Positions 33,561-46,759 are shown, numbered from the stretch's first letter. The stretch: DNA of 64,000 bases from Piedraia hortae CBS 480.64 (GCA_010093745.1 MU005958.1:248001-312000), one strand, 5' to 3'. The notes: generated by a model from the letters alone, not told the origin. Numbers and translations: made by a program.

Positions 33561-34592
33561 GCCCCACGCTGCGCGCTATCGTGCCCGCCTGGTGGACTTG
33601 TCCGAAGGCCGTGTTCTTTCGCGAAGCGGCCTTAATGCCAGCCTATATCATGCTGGAACGTTGACGACGCATCTTTGCCGCCCGCCTGCGGCCCCTGGAT
33701 GCATACCACCCCTTGGCGTTCATGAGTGAGCATGCCTCGGCCTCCTCCCGTTCACGTCTACTACGCACAGTCACCATTGCAGCAGAATGCGACCGCCCCC
33801 TTCTCATTCAGCCAGCCCCACCGAAACTGCCGAGGAGCCGCCAAACCGAGGCTGGCTTCGACATTATCTCCCTTCCCTTTCTCCAATTTACCAACCCCTG
33901 GATAGACGACATCGTCGTGTACACAGACGGGTCGTGACAAGACGACGGGCGCGCTGGCTGTGGCTATGTTGTGTACCAAGGCCCCGTCAGGATGACCGAA
34001 GGTGCGTTTCCCCTTGAAAATCGATGCGAGGTTTTCGATGCCGAGGAACACGGCTCCCTGGCTGGTCTCCAAGCAGCGCTGCACAACATTAAACTTGTGC
34101 TGGACAATCAAGAGGTGGTAGAGCGCCTGCAACCAGGGGCGACTCCCACCGACACCAGCCAATGGCTGATCCTGCGCTTTCAGGAGTTCGATACGCGATG
34201 GGCGTTACGCAAACGACGACTAGACACCGTCCCTGATGAAATGCATTTCTATTGAGTGCCAGGCCACGAGGGAATCGAAGGCAATGAGAGAGCTGACGCC
34301 CCTTGAGTACGCCAATCTGAATAAGGGCATTCCCTGGGTTCTCAGCACTGCTGAAGGTACCGTAGCCTTTAAAAAAAATTCCTGGAGCACATATGCTTCT
34401 TCGCCGAGACCTGCCCCAAAGGGGTTCAGACGGCGCCCGAAAATGTTCGCGGACCGGCTGAGGGTGTTAACGAGCCGGTCAGCTAAATGTACTTTGTGGT
34501 GGAAATATGTAGGCCTCCAATTGCCCCCGCCGCATTTCACACTCTTTAGGGATAATTTGTAGACGTAAACGTATCAAATCAAATCAAAAAAA
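33561..34592 (+). mobile_element. 5'-truncated, decayed non-LTR retrotransposon (RNase H-bearing, Tad1-like LINE) with TSD
   Basis: Reads LRAIVPAWWTCP...RLRPLDAYHPL, then RNase H motifs IVVYTDGS*, GCGYVVY, EVFDAE and LDNQEVV with stops. It ends in (ATCAA)3 plus an A-run and is flanked by GCTTTGACCG(C/T)GAC at 33547-33560 and 34593-34606. Confidence 0.88.
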
Positions 34593-34793
34593 GCTTTGAC
34601 CGTGACCAACAGGCACATTGTTGCTGAGAGGTTCGACAACTTTTGCCGTACTAAGATCACTGGAAAGAGCGCACCACGGTCCGATTCTTAGAGCGATTGT
34701 TTGGTTTTAGAACACATACATCACGCTCCCATTCCGGGTCTGTCCCACTGTGCCATGCGTATCTACACCCCTTCCATGTCTTCCGTGCACTAT

Positions 34794-35125
34794 TTAGTTC
34801 TTGTTCACTTGCCAGTCTGTCCAAGTACGTCAGCAGGTTTCATATCTTCATCTAGAGTCAAGACTTACAGCCGATGGCGAAAGGCAACAAGAAAGCCGTT
34901 CCTACGGAACGATTAGTTTCCATCGGTTCCACGTACGCCTTGTAACAAACCCATGAAGCCCCAGTACTGCAGGGCAAAGAAGCGCCCGCGAGGGTTGAAG
35001 GGAAGATTGCTCCGCGGTCCCTCAGGATAATGGTAGGGCGAGCTGAGTTGGGCGCGCGTCGAGTGCAAGCCGCGGCGGGAGACGGCGTTGAGGGCAGCAC
35101 GCTGGGCGTGGATAGCGGACGGCAT
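34794..35125 (-). CDS. COX8: Cytochrome c oxidase subunit VIIc (yeast Cox8); introns 34902-34950 and 34817-34868
   Basis: HYPEGPRSNLPF motif. The spliced product is 76 aa and ends FMGTAFLLPFAIGYWQVNKN*. Confidence 0.88.
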
Positions 35126-35290
35126 CTTTCGATTTCGGTTTGGAGTGCGCGTGAGATTAGGGCAGCTGACAGTGTTGAATGCGCTTATGACGGTCGTCGT
35201 CAGTTCGGGAAGGGCGCGGGAGAGCTAAGCGGAACGGGCCGATATAGATGACCTCGATGTAGTTACCTGAGTCTTTTTTCTACATACAAA

Positions 35291-36775
<1,485 letters not shown>

Positions 36776-36824
36776 CTATTGAGATGGCAAAGACTTGTGA
36801 GGGATGGAGACGAGCCCCGGTTTC

Positions 36825-37137
36825 CTTATCTCGACTCATTCACTCAGCATTAAGGCCGAAATCGGCTTGGCAGGGTTTGTGGTAGTACTTATCGCCTGCG
36901 GCTGATTGGTTGAGCCAATCTTCTCGGGCGTTTTCGGCGCACCCCGCACGCTCATGGCTGTCACCACAACGTTCTTATCAGTCCAATCAACACCTGAGAC
37001 CCACAATAACTGCAGTGCAACCAGGACACTCTTACCTGACTCCGCGTGGAGAAGATTGCGTGGTGGAATTAGTGCTACTCGAGAATCCCCCGGAACTCGT
37101 TCACTACGTTGAACGCCATGCCAAGTGTCAGCTTATC
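36825..37137 (-). promoter_or_regulatory. GATAAG (AreA/NIT2-type) x4 and CCAAT x3 cluster upstream of GDH1
   Basis: CTTATC at 36825, 36888, 36974 and 37132. CCAAT/ATTGG at 36905, 36915 and 36983. Confidence 0.6.
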
Positions 37138-39114
37138 TTCTGCAGGGACTATTATGTGCACTCGCTGTAGCATGGATGTCTCCTTCATCGAGTAGTCTGA
37201 CATTGGAGATCTGGACCGGAATGCCTGTTCCATTACTCTCCCACACTGACGTAGACTCGGCAGCTAGACAATGAGGTCGCTAACTCAATTCTTGTACGAC
37301 CTTTCTCGAACGAGTTGCTAAACTGTTGTTCGTGAAGATCTGATAGAGGATTTTGTAAAGTCTGGTGCATGATCCAGGCCTCAAGGCGTGCTTGTTAATT
37401 ATTGGAGGAAAATCACCAGACCCCTTTCCGTATGAGAAAACCGAACGATCAAGGTAATCGGTTTCAGCGGAAGAAGAGGTGGACAGTGCGTCCTAGAAAA
37501 TGTCACATTAAGGCTCTGATGTGAAAGTTGAATTGGTGAAGCAAATGATATTCAAGGCCGGAACCAGAGCGGCCTGCCATTAATATATCCATGTGCAAGG
37601 TAAAATCCACGCACGAGTACCACAAGGCTATATAACAAAACTGGCATTCGCACCAGGACTAGCTCTCAGGGCGGGCAGAGCAGAAAACGGGGCCCCCAAT
37701 CGATGGCGAGGAGGTCGAGCGTGAGTGTTATAATTCACCCCTGACGTCGAAAAAGGCCAAATGGGGAAAGCTGCCGGCTTTCAAGGAAACAACTGGAGAG
37801 CGTACTGGGCCATACCTCGTCCGCCACTTACCGGGTGGGCGGGGTTGCGAAGGCCTTTGAGGCAGAGGAGGGGATGTGTGTTAGGGGAAGCACCCCCACT
37901 CGGTCACAGCCGGCTCGCAGCTCTGGCGCCCCTGCCTCCCAGCAGACCAGCGCCGGCGGCAACGACGACGATGACAATGGGTTTGAACGCCTGCTGGAAC
38001 AGTGCTCGGAGAACGTCTGGAACATGGCTGCGGCAGGTCTGACCCTTGAACACTTGTACCATGAATCCAATTGTCCCACGCAATCGCGACGACCACGCTC
38101 ACCCAGGCAGTCCAGCGCACCAATGGGCTGGACATCGTACAGTTCATGAATCCCGTCAGCTTCAACAATTGATGGGAGTTCTTGCTGCTAATTGTTCCCT
38201 CGCAGAAACCATCATCGCGTTGCCAGAAGATCGATTTTCGGTCTATAACATAAGCCCTCTTACTTAGAGACGCTAGAACATAGTTTTCGAGCTTTGGCCT
38301 AGGCAAGGCGTGTACCCCGTTACATCCCCTTTGCTAGGCTGGTTGAGTCATTAATGATTCTGCCGTAGGATCCTGCGCAACGCAAAGGTCGGTAATGGAT
38401 GTTTCTAGAGAGGTAAGTGGACCGCCTCCCACCTGGGGCAGAGCTTAAAGCTCCTGCGGCGTAAGACAGTGAAAATAATAAAGAGATAGAGAATGAAGCA
38501 AGCCATTGGATATCCGTGGGTCAATATTTTCTTACTCCATTCAACCCCCTCCTGTTTCCGATTGAGTTGAATGAGAGGTAAGAAATCAAGATCGGGAAGA
38601 CATCTATAATTTGTGAGTATTTTGTGTGAGAGGACGCCGTGAACGTAAAATGGAGCACGTAGACATGCATGCGTAAGTAACTTGTTCATTTCTTGGATTG
38701 ACCACAAGCACAGCCTCGAATACCTTCATTTGACCATGGCAGAGACATACCCATATATTGAGAGTTGAGGACGGCATACATATCGAGCAATGCTAGCCAA
38801 CCATGCGATCAACCCATTGCCATAGCAAGACAGGTACAGGCTGCAGATCCGTTAATGAGATCATTGTTGCCCAAATATGCCACACTCAGACTTTGGGTAC
38901 AAGTAGTGATACCATCATTCTAGGCCATGCAACTATTGTGATCGAAGGATCCGTGAAATTACTTTGGATGGTTGCAGCGTTTCCTCAATAGACTACATAC
39001 ATTACCACTAAACAAAGTTCATCCCTCGTCCTTTTTTCCCATTCCAATGCAGCCCTGCTTTAAATCGCAACGCTCCCCGCTTCAAATGCTACAACAATCA
39101 CCATCAAGATGACG

Positions 39115-39762
39115 CTAATAACCCGGTCGAACAACACGCAGAATCTTTGTTTGCAATGATGAAATCTGGCGAGAGACCGATGGAGCATGCGGTAGCCTGC
39201 AAAACGCTTTCTTGGACTTGGTGCATCCTTGTTGTACTGAACTCCCTTTCCCAGACGTCACAGAAATAGTTGTTCCCGAGTCTGCTTTGGATGTCGTTTT
39301 CTCCAGAGACCTCAAATCCTCTTCATCCAAGGTGTTGTCGTCGTCACAATGCTCTTTGGTTCGTAAAGTCTTTTCACCATCGGCAATCACTTGGGTGCAT
39401 ACACTTGTACATTCGCTGGAAATGTCATCATCGTCATCATCGTCATCATCGTCATCATCGTCATCATCGTCATCATCGTCTTCGTCTTCGTCTTCGTCAT
39501 TGTCATTATCATCATCCTCAACACTTTCCCTCCTCCTCCAAGCACCTATCCGAGCATCTAAAGATTGGTTTTGATCCCTCAGCTTCAAACAGTTCGGACA
39601 AGGAGTCGGAATGGTCTCGATGCCCATGTCAGTCTTTTGATCGCATCCCGTGCGAGAGCATCCGGGCAAGGTAGCACCGCGAATGCATGGAGCACCGTAG
39701 AAAAATTGCTGGACGCCGTAGTGTTTGCATGCTGTGTAGTACGGAGTGTAAATGTGACACAT
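39115..39762 (-). CDS. Hypothetical protein with an N-terminal Cys/His (putative Zn-binding) motif and a poly-Asp tract
   Basis: MCHIYTPYYTACKH...PC...GC...GC...CPNC, followed by about 30 D/E/N residues from a (GAT/GAC)n repeat at about 39425-39517. Confidence 0.6.
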   Translation of the reverse strand: MCHIYTPYYTACKHYGVQQFFYGAPCIRGATLPGCSRTGCDQKTDMGIETIPTPCPNCLKLRDQNQSLDARIGAWRRRESVEDDDNDNDEDEDEDDDDDDDDDDDDDDDDDDDISSECTSVCTQVIADGEKTLRTKEHCDDDNTLDEEDLRSLEKTTSKADSGTTISVTSGKGSSVQQGCTKSKKAFCRLPHAPSVSRQISSLQTKILRVVRPGY

Positions 39763-41189
39763 TTCGATCAACTTCTCGAGAGCAAACTTGTTGGAGGGAT
39801 GTGCTGAAAAATTTTCTTATCTGTTGCCAAAGCTTCGCTTAAACTTGGTTTAAAGATGAGGCCTTCCTGACACTTTGCTCGGGAACTTTGCCTTAACGTC
39901 TTCTTGTTGGAGCTTCACCTGAGGCGTTCGCTTCGTTTTTGTGTGATGTTTTCCGTTCGATTTTTTTCCGCGTGGTATCTGCCCGGGGCAACAGAATGAT
40001 GAATGTGCTTTCTTTCTGGGATGCCAGTGGTGATGATGGTCACCAATGCACGGCCAGGGATCTGAGATGGCCTTCGGCAAACATCGACTCTCTTTGTGAT
40101 CTAAGACTTCTTGTCCAACATCACAAAGCGAGGGTGGAAAAGACGTTTGCCTGATATTTCTACCGGTACAAGATGATTTGAAGAGCTTTCAAAGTTGAGG
40201 CGATGCTCCACTCGGAGAATAAAACCATTCACATTGGGATAGTGTACCTGTCGATCACCTGTCATCGACCTGTCGCCGAAATGTCACCGAACTCGAAGTG
40301 GGAACTCACCATTTTGAACAAGCTCTGTTCTATCTAATCATGCGGCCACATTCCTGCTGTCTGTGTGCATATCTTGTTGGCATTTTTGCTTGTTGGGGTT
40401 GTGTTTGGAGGCTGGAGAGTTTGAACATTTTCCACTTGAAGGGCAAGTTGACTTGCATTTTCATAAAGTGGACGCGTAGAGGGCACTGGCTCAAGAGGTG
40501 TCTTCTGGCTGGGCTTACACCTGCTTTCACTGGACAGCTTTACGTGACTATTGATCAAAGGGCAGGTTGTCCAGCTGAGACTGAGGCAGATGGTTGCACG
40601 ATCTAACAGCAGACCACTACCACATGAATGATGTCTCTTCTTATCGGTACAATGGGGTTGGTGATACGCAATGGTCCTGCGATGACGTCTTCCAAATCAA
40701 TATCGACAGTGTCCGGCATTGCCACCCCTCGTCTTCACGAGAAGAATTCCGGTCGAACTCGCTTCAACATCTTCAAAAGACTTTATGATATAACGGATTG
40801 CACGTTTTTTGGGAACCGCTCAATAGAGGTATGACTACAAGACGTTGAGTCAGAAGCAATCTGCCGCGTTTTTTTCAGCCGATCACAACCGTAAGGCGGC
40901 TAGTGGGGTATTCAGTAGCCAATCATCGTGCAAGGCGATTGCGCATGCCTGTACATCTCGATCTTTGGCACCCGGGCTTGCACCATCATTCCTAAAACTA
41001 GGTTCTCAAGGAGATGCTAATGATCACTGCTGCTGTTTTGATTCCAGCTACTTCGATGGCGTCAAGGCTGGTCAGAAGTAGCCCACGGTCGTCTTGTCAC
41101 CGATATACCGGAAACGTTGAATGACACATCTGAGAGAGGTGTACCTTAAACAGTCGATCACCATTGTATGCGTTTTTCCGTGCATAGGC

Positions 41190-42362
41190 TCATTCACTTA
41201 GATGTAACTGATTTGACAAGAGCGAAGCAGTCTTGTGGCAAAGTACAACGGCTTGCTTCATACACGAGGACCTTTCCTTCTCGTTCAGTACATCGAAGCT
41301 CCACCTAGCATCTTCTCCCTCGGAAGCCTCGATCAGATGATACGAATCGTCGTCCCCAAAAAGATCCTCGTTTTTTCTTTCCCTGCGTTTGATATCCTCC
41401 AAATGAGCCCACAAGAACTTCCACTCCCTGTTCACCTGCAGTCCCTCCTCCACATTGCACTCGTACTCGCCCTCATCAGACACCAAATTGATTTCGAACA
41501 TCTCACCAGCTGCAGAATCATCACTCACATCCGCCTCCTCACATTGCTCACCTCTCACTTTCCCCCCTCACCCTTCTCGCCTTCCACCACCTCATCCCTG
41601 TCCTTCGAGCATAGTCCAGCCTCACCCACTGTAGGGGCGAAACCCACTCTAACTTCTTCGTTGCTCTGCCTAGAAGACTTGACACACAGCAACTCAACAT
41701 TCTTAACCCCCATATCAATCTTCTGATCGCTCTCTTCACTTGAATTACGCTCGCGAACGCAGGGCTCGTCAGGGTGGCACTCCTCGGTGGCCAAAGGATC
41801 GCACGTTTCGCCGAAGGTAGAGGTTTTGCAGAAGTTTATTCTTGCTTGGTTGTTGGTTCAAAACTGTGAGGGTTGGATGAGCTTGTTGCAATGTGATCTT
41901 GTGTGCGCGATGTGCGCGAGAAGTATGTGGGAAGACGGAGAGTTTGACATGTCGTATTCGGAGATGTCAGGTTGACAGGTCATCTCGAGGAATGACAAGG
42001 AAATTGTTGACTGGCTTGAGGAATTTGTTCGTAGGATGTCCGGTGGTGGAAACATGGGAGGTATACTTCGTCGTTGCTGGAGATGCAATAGACACTGGGC
42101 GCGATGCTTGTTGTGCTTTTGCGTTTATGGCCGGTTGGGAGAAGAGTTGCATGCCAGGCGACGCAAACCTGAAAGTATCCATGATGAGAATTGCAAATGG
42201 TATTCGCGAATTCGTTGTGGTTGGGTCTCGTGGTCTCAATCCGACCTCAAGTCTGAGGCTCGTGTCGTCTTTTATCCAGCCTGCCAAGGCATGATCGTCA
42301 ACCCGAACACCATCATCGTCCGCTATGGGTACTTGTACAGTTGGTTTAGCCTGAACCAGCAA
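41190..42362 (-). pseudogene. Possible decayed coding sequence of unknown family
   Basis: A chain of abutting, frameshifted minus-strand ORFs (41967-42362, 41858-42088, 41555-41794, 41190-41558) with protein-like, acidic composition. No motif was recognised. Confidence 0.3.
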
Positions 42363-42799
42363 CCATACTGAAAATCATGCGGCCTGAAAGCATTTCTAAC
42401 CTTATTATCCGGCTAAGATCAACTAGCTTGGTGAGATGATCCGACCTACAAGGTCATCATAGTTTCTACATGACTAAGTTGATTACAATAACCTGAAAAA
42501 CAAATCGCCACTCTTGCACGAACATCATGAACTTCACAAATGCATACGTGCAAAATTTAGTTCAAACCTCAGGCATCACATGGGTCTGGTTAGGTGACCA
42601 CATGATGCCTGAGGCCAGAAAGCTGCCAAGAAATGCACTTCATTTTCCTTTTTGAATCCCCATTGAATCCCAATCGCCTGGTGCCAAAGCAAGTAAATCC
42701 GAGAACATAACACCGGAAGAAGGCATTATGGGGCTCGTTGGATGCCTTTTAAAGTATGTGGTAAAATGGAACGAAATGCGCACCGTGGTGATGAAGGCG

Positions 42800-44190
42800 G
42801 TCACAAAGTAGGGGAGACAAACGCGACAGCTTTGCCACTGTCGACTCCAATTGCAGCTGCCCTGAAATGAACGAGGTTATAGCGGATCGGGCCACACCGT
42901 GTGAGAGGACATGAAAAACTCAGCGAGAGCACCAGAGAGAGGTACAGTCGTGGCCAAAAGTCAGGGATGGTGCGCCACATCATGTGGTAAGCGGTTGCTG
43001 AGTCCAGGAGGTACGCCGCCACATGGTACTCTTCCATTTGCGCCCGGAAGCGGGCCTTGACCAGGGGCAGCAGCTGTGACGCCGACTCACCGTACACGGG
43101 GTGGTTCGATGCCTTCTGCAGTTCAAGATGGATGCGGTGGTACAACGGAATACAGCGACGGAGAGTGCATCTGTCCGACTCTCCCATTTTAATGGCTTGG
43201 TTTGTCGCCTGGAGTGTCGAAATTGGGAAGTAAACACGACCCCAAAACTCTGCATCGGGCCCGGATCCTTGTCAGGCTCTCATTGTCGGCGGCTCTGGGC
43301 ATTGCGAAGTTTTTGTTCATATAATGCCTCAATGCATTTTGGGCTCGCACCACCGAGCGCAGCATCACAACTTGAGTACCCCATCTTGTCATCGCGACTA
43401 GGACGAAAGAGTACCGACGCCCGTCCACCTCGTTCATGGAGGCACGGAGATTAGCAAGCTGGAGAGATGACCCATGGAAGTACTTGACGATCGAATGGGC
43501 ATTAGAGAGCACTTGCTTGTAGAAACGATTGTCGCTGAGTATGTCATTAACCGGTAGTTGCAAGCCGTGTGCTTGGAATCCAACGGTTATGGCTTTGGGA
43601 TGCTCTTGCTTGATTAGCGTCCAGGCCTTCTTCATGTAGGATACGTTGTCCGTGACTACGGCGTTCACCTTCGTCCCGTCAAGCTCCTGCTTCAGCTTTT
43701 CGTCGAACCTATGAGCCACAAAAAGGCGATCAATGGACTCTGCGCCAACGACTTCTGACTTGATGTAGAGTGCACCATATTCTGGAACATTTGCGCACAG
43801 GTTCATACTCGTTCGTTGCGAACGTTAGTCGATTAGTCCATGATGAATGTTGCCCCGTGCCATCGATAAGACTTGATGATGGAGTTGATCTTGCTCTTGC
43901 TCCTTGCTCTTGCTTGCTGGAGGAGCACCCCAGAAACATACTCCGGTCGTGGGATCTCCATGGACGGCCAGATTACCTGCAAAGCAGACTTCGTTCACTT
44001 TTTGGACCTGATGTTGCTCAGACTTTTGGCCACGACTGCAGACCACGGACCGTGTTATATCCGTGCTTCCGCTTCCACCTTCCCCACTCATTGTATCGGC
44101 CCCAGAAAGAACCGTGGATCGGACTGTATCCATGGTTCCGCATTCAACTTGCGGACACACTGGTCCAGAACCATATCAAATCCCTAATCA
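42800..44190 (-). mobile_element. Decayed hAT-superfamily transposase (DUF659-like catalytic region); ends not resolved
   Basis: ATFIMD*STNVRNERV (first catalytic Asp region), VNAVVTDNVSYMKKAW, GFQAHGLQL (degenerate CxxH), IVKYF, MTRWGT and HVAAYLLD. Frameshifts and stops are present. Confidence 0.85.
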
Positions 44191-44641
44191 CCCCCCACGA
44201 CCCCACCGCCTCGTCTGCTTGTGGGGTCCATAACGCCACCGACATCTATCCCGCGTGGCAGACGGGACGGTCAGTTCAACATACCCTACAGCTTGTAAGC
44301 AGTTAAAATTTCGACTATCGTGGTTCAGAAGCTCAGTGGTAGGACAAGATGATATAACCTGGCTTGTTACGCAGGAACCTAATACCAACGATACACCTAT
44401 CAAGTGGGCATAGGGCCTCTGCGCACCACCCCACGTGCCGCTGCTTCTTATTATAATTGTGAGCAGATGTGTACCTGCATACAAATCTCTACGGAAAACT
44501 AGTTGACGCGTGAAGTCGAGAGCCGAGCGCCGGTTACTAATAATGCGCGTAATATACCGCATATTCACAACACTTCTCCCTGGCGTTGTTGGCATAACTT
44601 AAACCCTCCGTCCCTTCCATCTTCAGACATACCTTTGCACA

Positions 44642-45574
44642 ATGAGTTTTGAATCTGATAAGTCCAGCCCTGCGGCACAGTTGGCCGAGAACTATGCTCA
44701 ATTGTTTGTCTATGGCAAAAGATCTCCAATCCTTCGACGTCCCAGCGATGTAGGCCTGAAGTATGAGGAAATCTGGTTCCCCTCGCTAGACGGCGTGACG
44801 CTTCAGGGGTGGTTTATCCCCTGTCCCAACTCCTAGAAAACCATCATTGCCAACCATCCTGCAACGTGCAATCGGTCTGGATATCCAGGCCAGTTAGATG
44901 GATTCGGTGCATTTGGCGGCTTTGAAGTAAACTTTATACCCGATTACAAGGCGCTTCACAACGCAGGGTACAACATCATTTGTTACGACATCCGGAACAA
45001 CGGCATCAGTGATGCCGGCTGCGGAGGCATCAACGGTGGGCTGGGCCACTATGAATGTCGCGATGTGGTGGGATCTCTCATCTACGCTCGCAACCGAAAG
45101 GAACTCAAGGGAAACAGCATAGGCTTCCTCAGCCGCTGTTTGGGGGGTAACTCTACCATGCACGCCATGCAAAAGTACCCAGAGTACTTCAAGGGTGACG
45201 ACATCAAAGCTGTCATCCTCCTCCAGGCCGTTTCTGGCCGCACTTTTGTGGAACGTGGCGCCGAGAACCAGGGCATCAATGTTGATGAAGCCTGCAAAGC
45301 TTTTGACAAGCGTCTTTTTGAGCTGAGTGGCTTCCACATCGATGACCTTGACGTCCGACCATTGGCAAAGTATGTGACGCATCCAACGCTGGTGGCGCAG
45401 GTGCGAAAGGATTTTCTGATCCACTCGCAAGACACGCAGGATATTTATGACAATCTGGGTGCCAAAGAAAAGGAGCTCGTGTGGATCGAGGATACGGATA
45501 GGAGATTTGACGGGTACAACTACTTTGCGAAGGAGCCCAAGAAGATGGTAGGATGGTTTGACAAGTATATGTAG
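44642..45574 (+). pseudogene. Intronless alpha/beta hydrolase with one in-frame TAG at 44834-44836
   Basis: A single 311-codon frame: ...DGVTLQGWFIPCPNS*KTIIANHP...GYNIICYDIRNNG...RDVVG...SRCLGGNS...QVRKD...WFDKYM*. Confidence 0.85.
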
Positions 45575-45665
45575 GACGCGTGTATACTGTATGACTAGCA
45601 AACTGAGCTAAATCTGCAGACCGTACTGAATTTGCAGCTTTGCAAATCGCAAATTGGTGTATATA

Positions 45666-46610
45666 CTACATCCCTGCCCACTCGATACAAAACGGTCTAA
45701 TATCATCCCCTTCCTCGCTCGCGACGAGGTAAGCCTTCTTAACACCCGTTCCTAGCCTTCCACCGCCCACGATATCACGCAGTTCGATCCCCTCTCCTGC
45801 AGGCCTAGCCTCACACAAGAAGTGTGAGTGGAATCTGAGCGGATCTCCGGGGTAGGCGAGGTATCTGCACCCGAAACGCAGGCCTGGTGAGAGGAAGTAA
45901 CCCGCATCATGCATAAATTTGAACAAGGCATAGGATGAATTTTCGACTTCTGGTAAAGGAGCCTCATGAGCAGCTGGAGCGGCTGTAGAGGTCATAGTCG
46001 TCATTGGCGTGATCCCATAAGCCATTCCGCGTTTCTTCTTGGCTTCTTTATTCTTTTTGGTGCTCCCACCTTCTCCCCCCGTGTTGAGGAAATCCTCTGG
46101 TATATCATTCCAATTCTCCGTTTCACTGATCGTGCTTCGGACCGAGGGTGTTCTTGATGCATCTCTCCTGCCGCCGCTTGAGCCTGGGGGTGGCGGCAGC
46201 GGTGGTGGCGCAAGATTCTTTGCTCTCATTTTTGACCTCTTTTCCGCTGCTCGCGCAGCTTCCATGCCATCCATCCTAGATTTTTCTCTCATCTGATCCC
46301 GTTGCTCCTGCCCGAGCCCGTTTTGTAGAAAGTTGAATGTATGCGCTTTGGCATCGTCAACGAGATGCGCAGCGCCTTTTTCGACAAGATACCTGGCTTC
46401 TTCAGGCATGAGGCGTAGTGGCAGACCGGAAAAGACGTTTTGCTGTGGCGCTTGCGGGAGTTGACCCGTTAGGACCCCCGTCATGTGGTGCTTGGACCGC
46501 AGCGTTGATACGGAATTGATGTCATGAACAAGGTATTCCCGCTTCGAGCCTGAAGTGGTCAATGTGTATATGGCAATCTTGGGCTCGCCGTTGGGCGGTA
46601 TTGGAGCCAT
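45666..46610 (-). CDS. SEN34: tRNA-splicing endonuclease subunit Sen34
   Basis: GVLTGQLPQAPQQNVFSGLPLRLMPEE, GLRFGCRYLAYPGDPLRFHSH, GRLGTGVKK and IEWAG. Confidence 0.94.
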   Translation of the reverse strand: MAPIPPNGEPKIAIYTLTTSGSKREYLVHDINSVSTLRSKHHMTGVLTGQLPQAPQQNVFSGLPLRLMPEEARYLVEKGAAHLVDDAKAHTFNFLQNGLGQEQRDQMREKSRMDGMEAARAAEKRSKMRAKNLAPPPLPPPPGSSGGRRDASRTPSVRSTISETENWNDIPEDFLNTGGEGGSTKKNKEAKKKRGMAYGITPMTTMTSTAAPAAHEAPLPEVENSSYALFKFMHDAGYFLSPGLRFGCRYLAYPGDPLRFHSHFLCEARPAGEGIELRDIVGGGRLGTGVKKAYLVASEEGDDIRPFCIEWAGM

Positions 46611-46759
46611 TGGTGGGTACTTGTGTTGTGTGAGAATTGATCTTTTACGTGAGAGAGAATTGAAATGTTGAACGGCTGGAATGAGGGTTATCGCTGATCA
46701 TGTACCGTGTCATTACACTTGGGATCTTGCTCCTCTGCCGAGGTTTTGTAGGGAAACAC

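Noticed and set aside
38370..38410. Hairpin plus CTAG as a Helitron 3' end
   Set aside because: The spacing is too long, CTAG is not followed by T, and no 5' TC end or Rep/helicase relic was found.
44894..45601. 235-aa minus-strand ORF
   Set aside because: Antisense shadow of the alpha/beta hydrolase.
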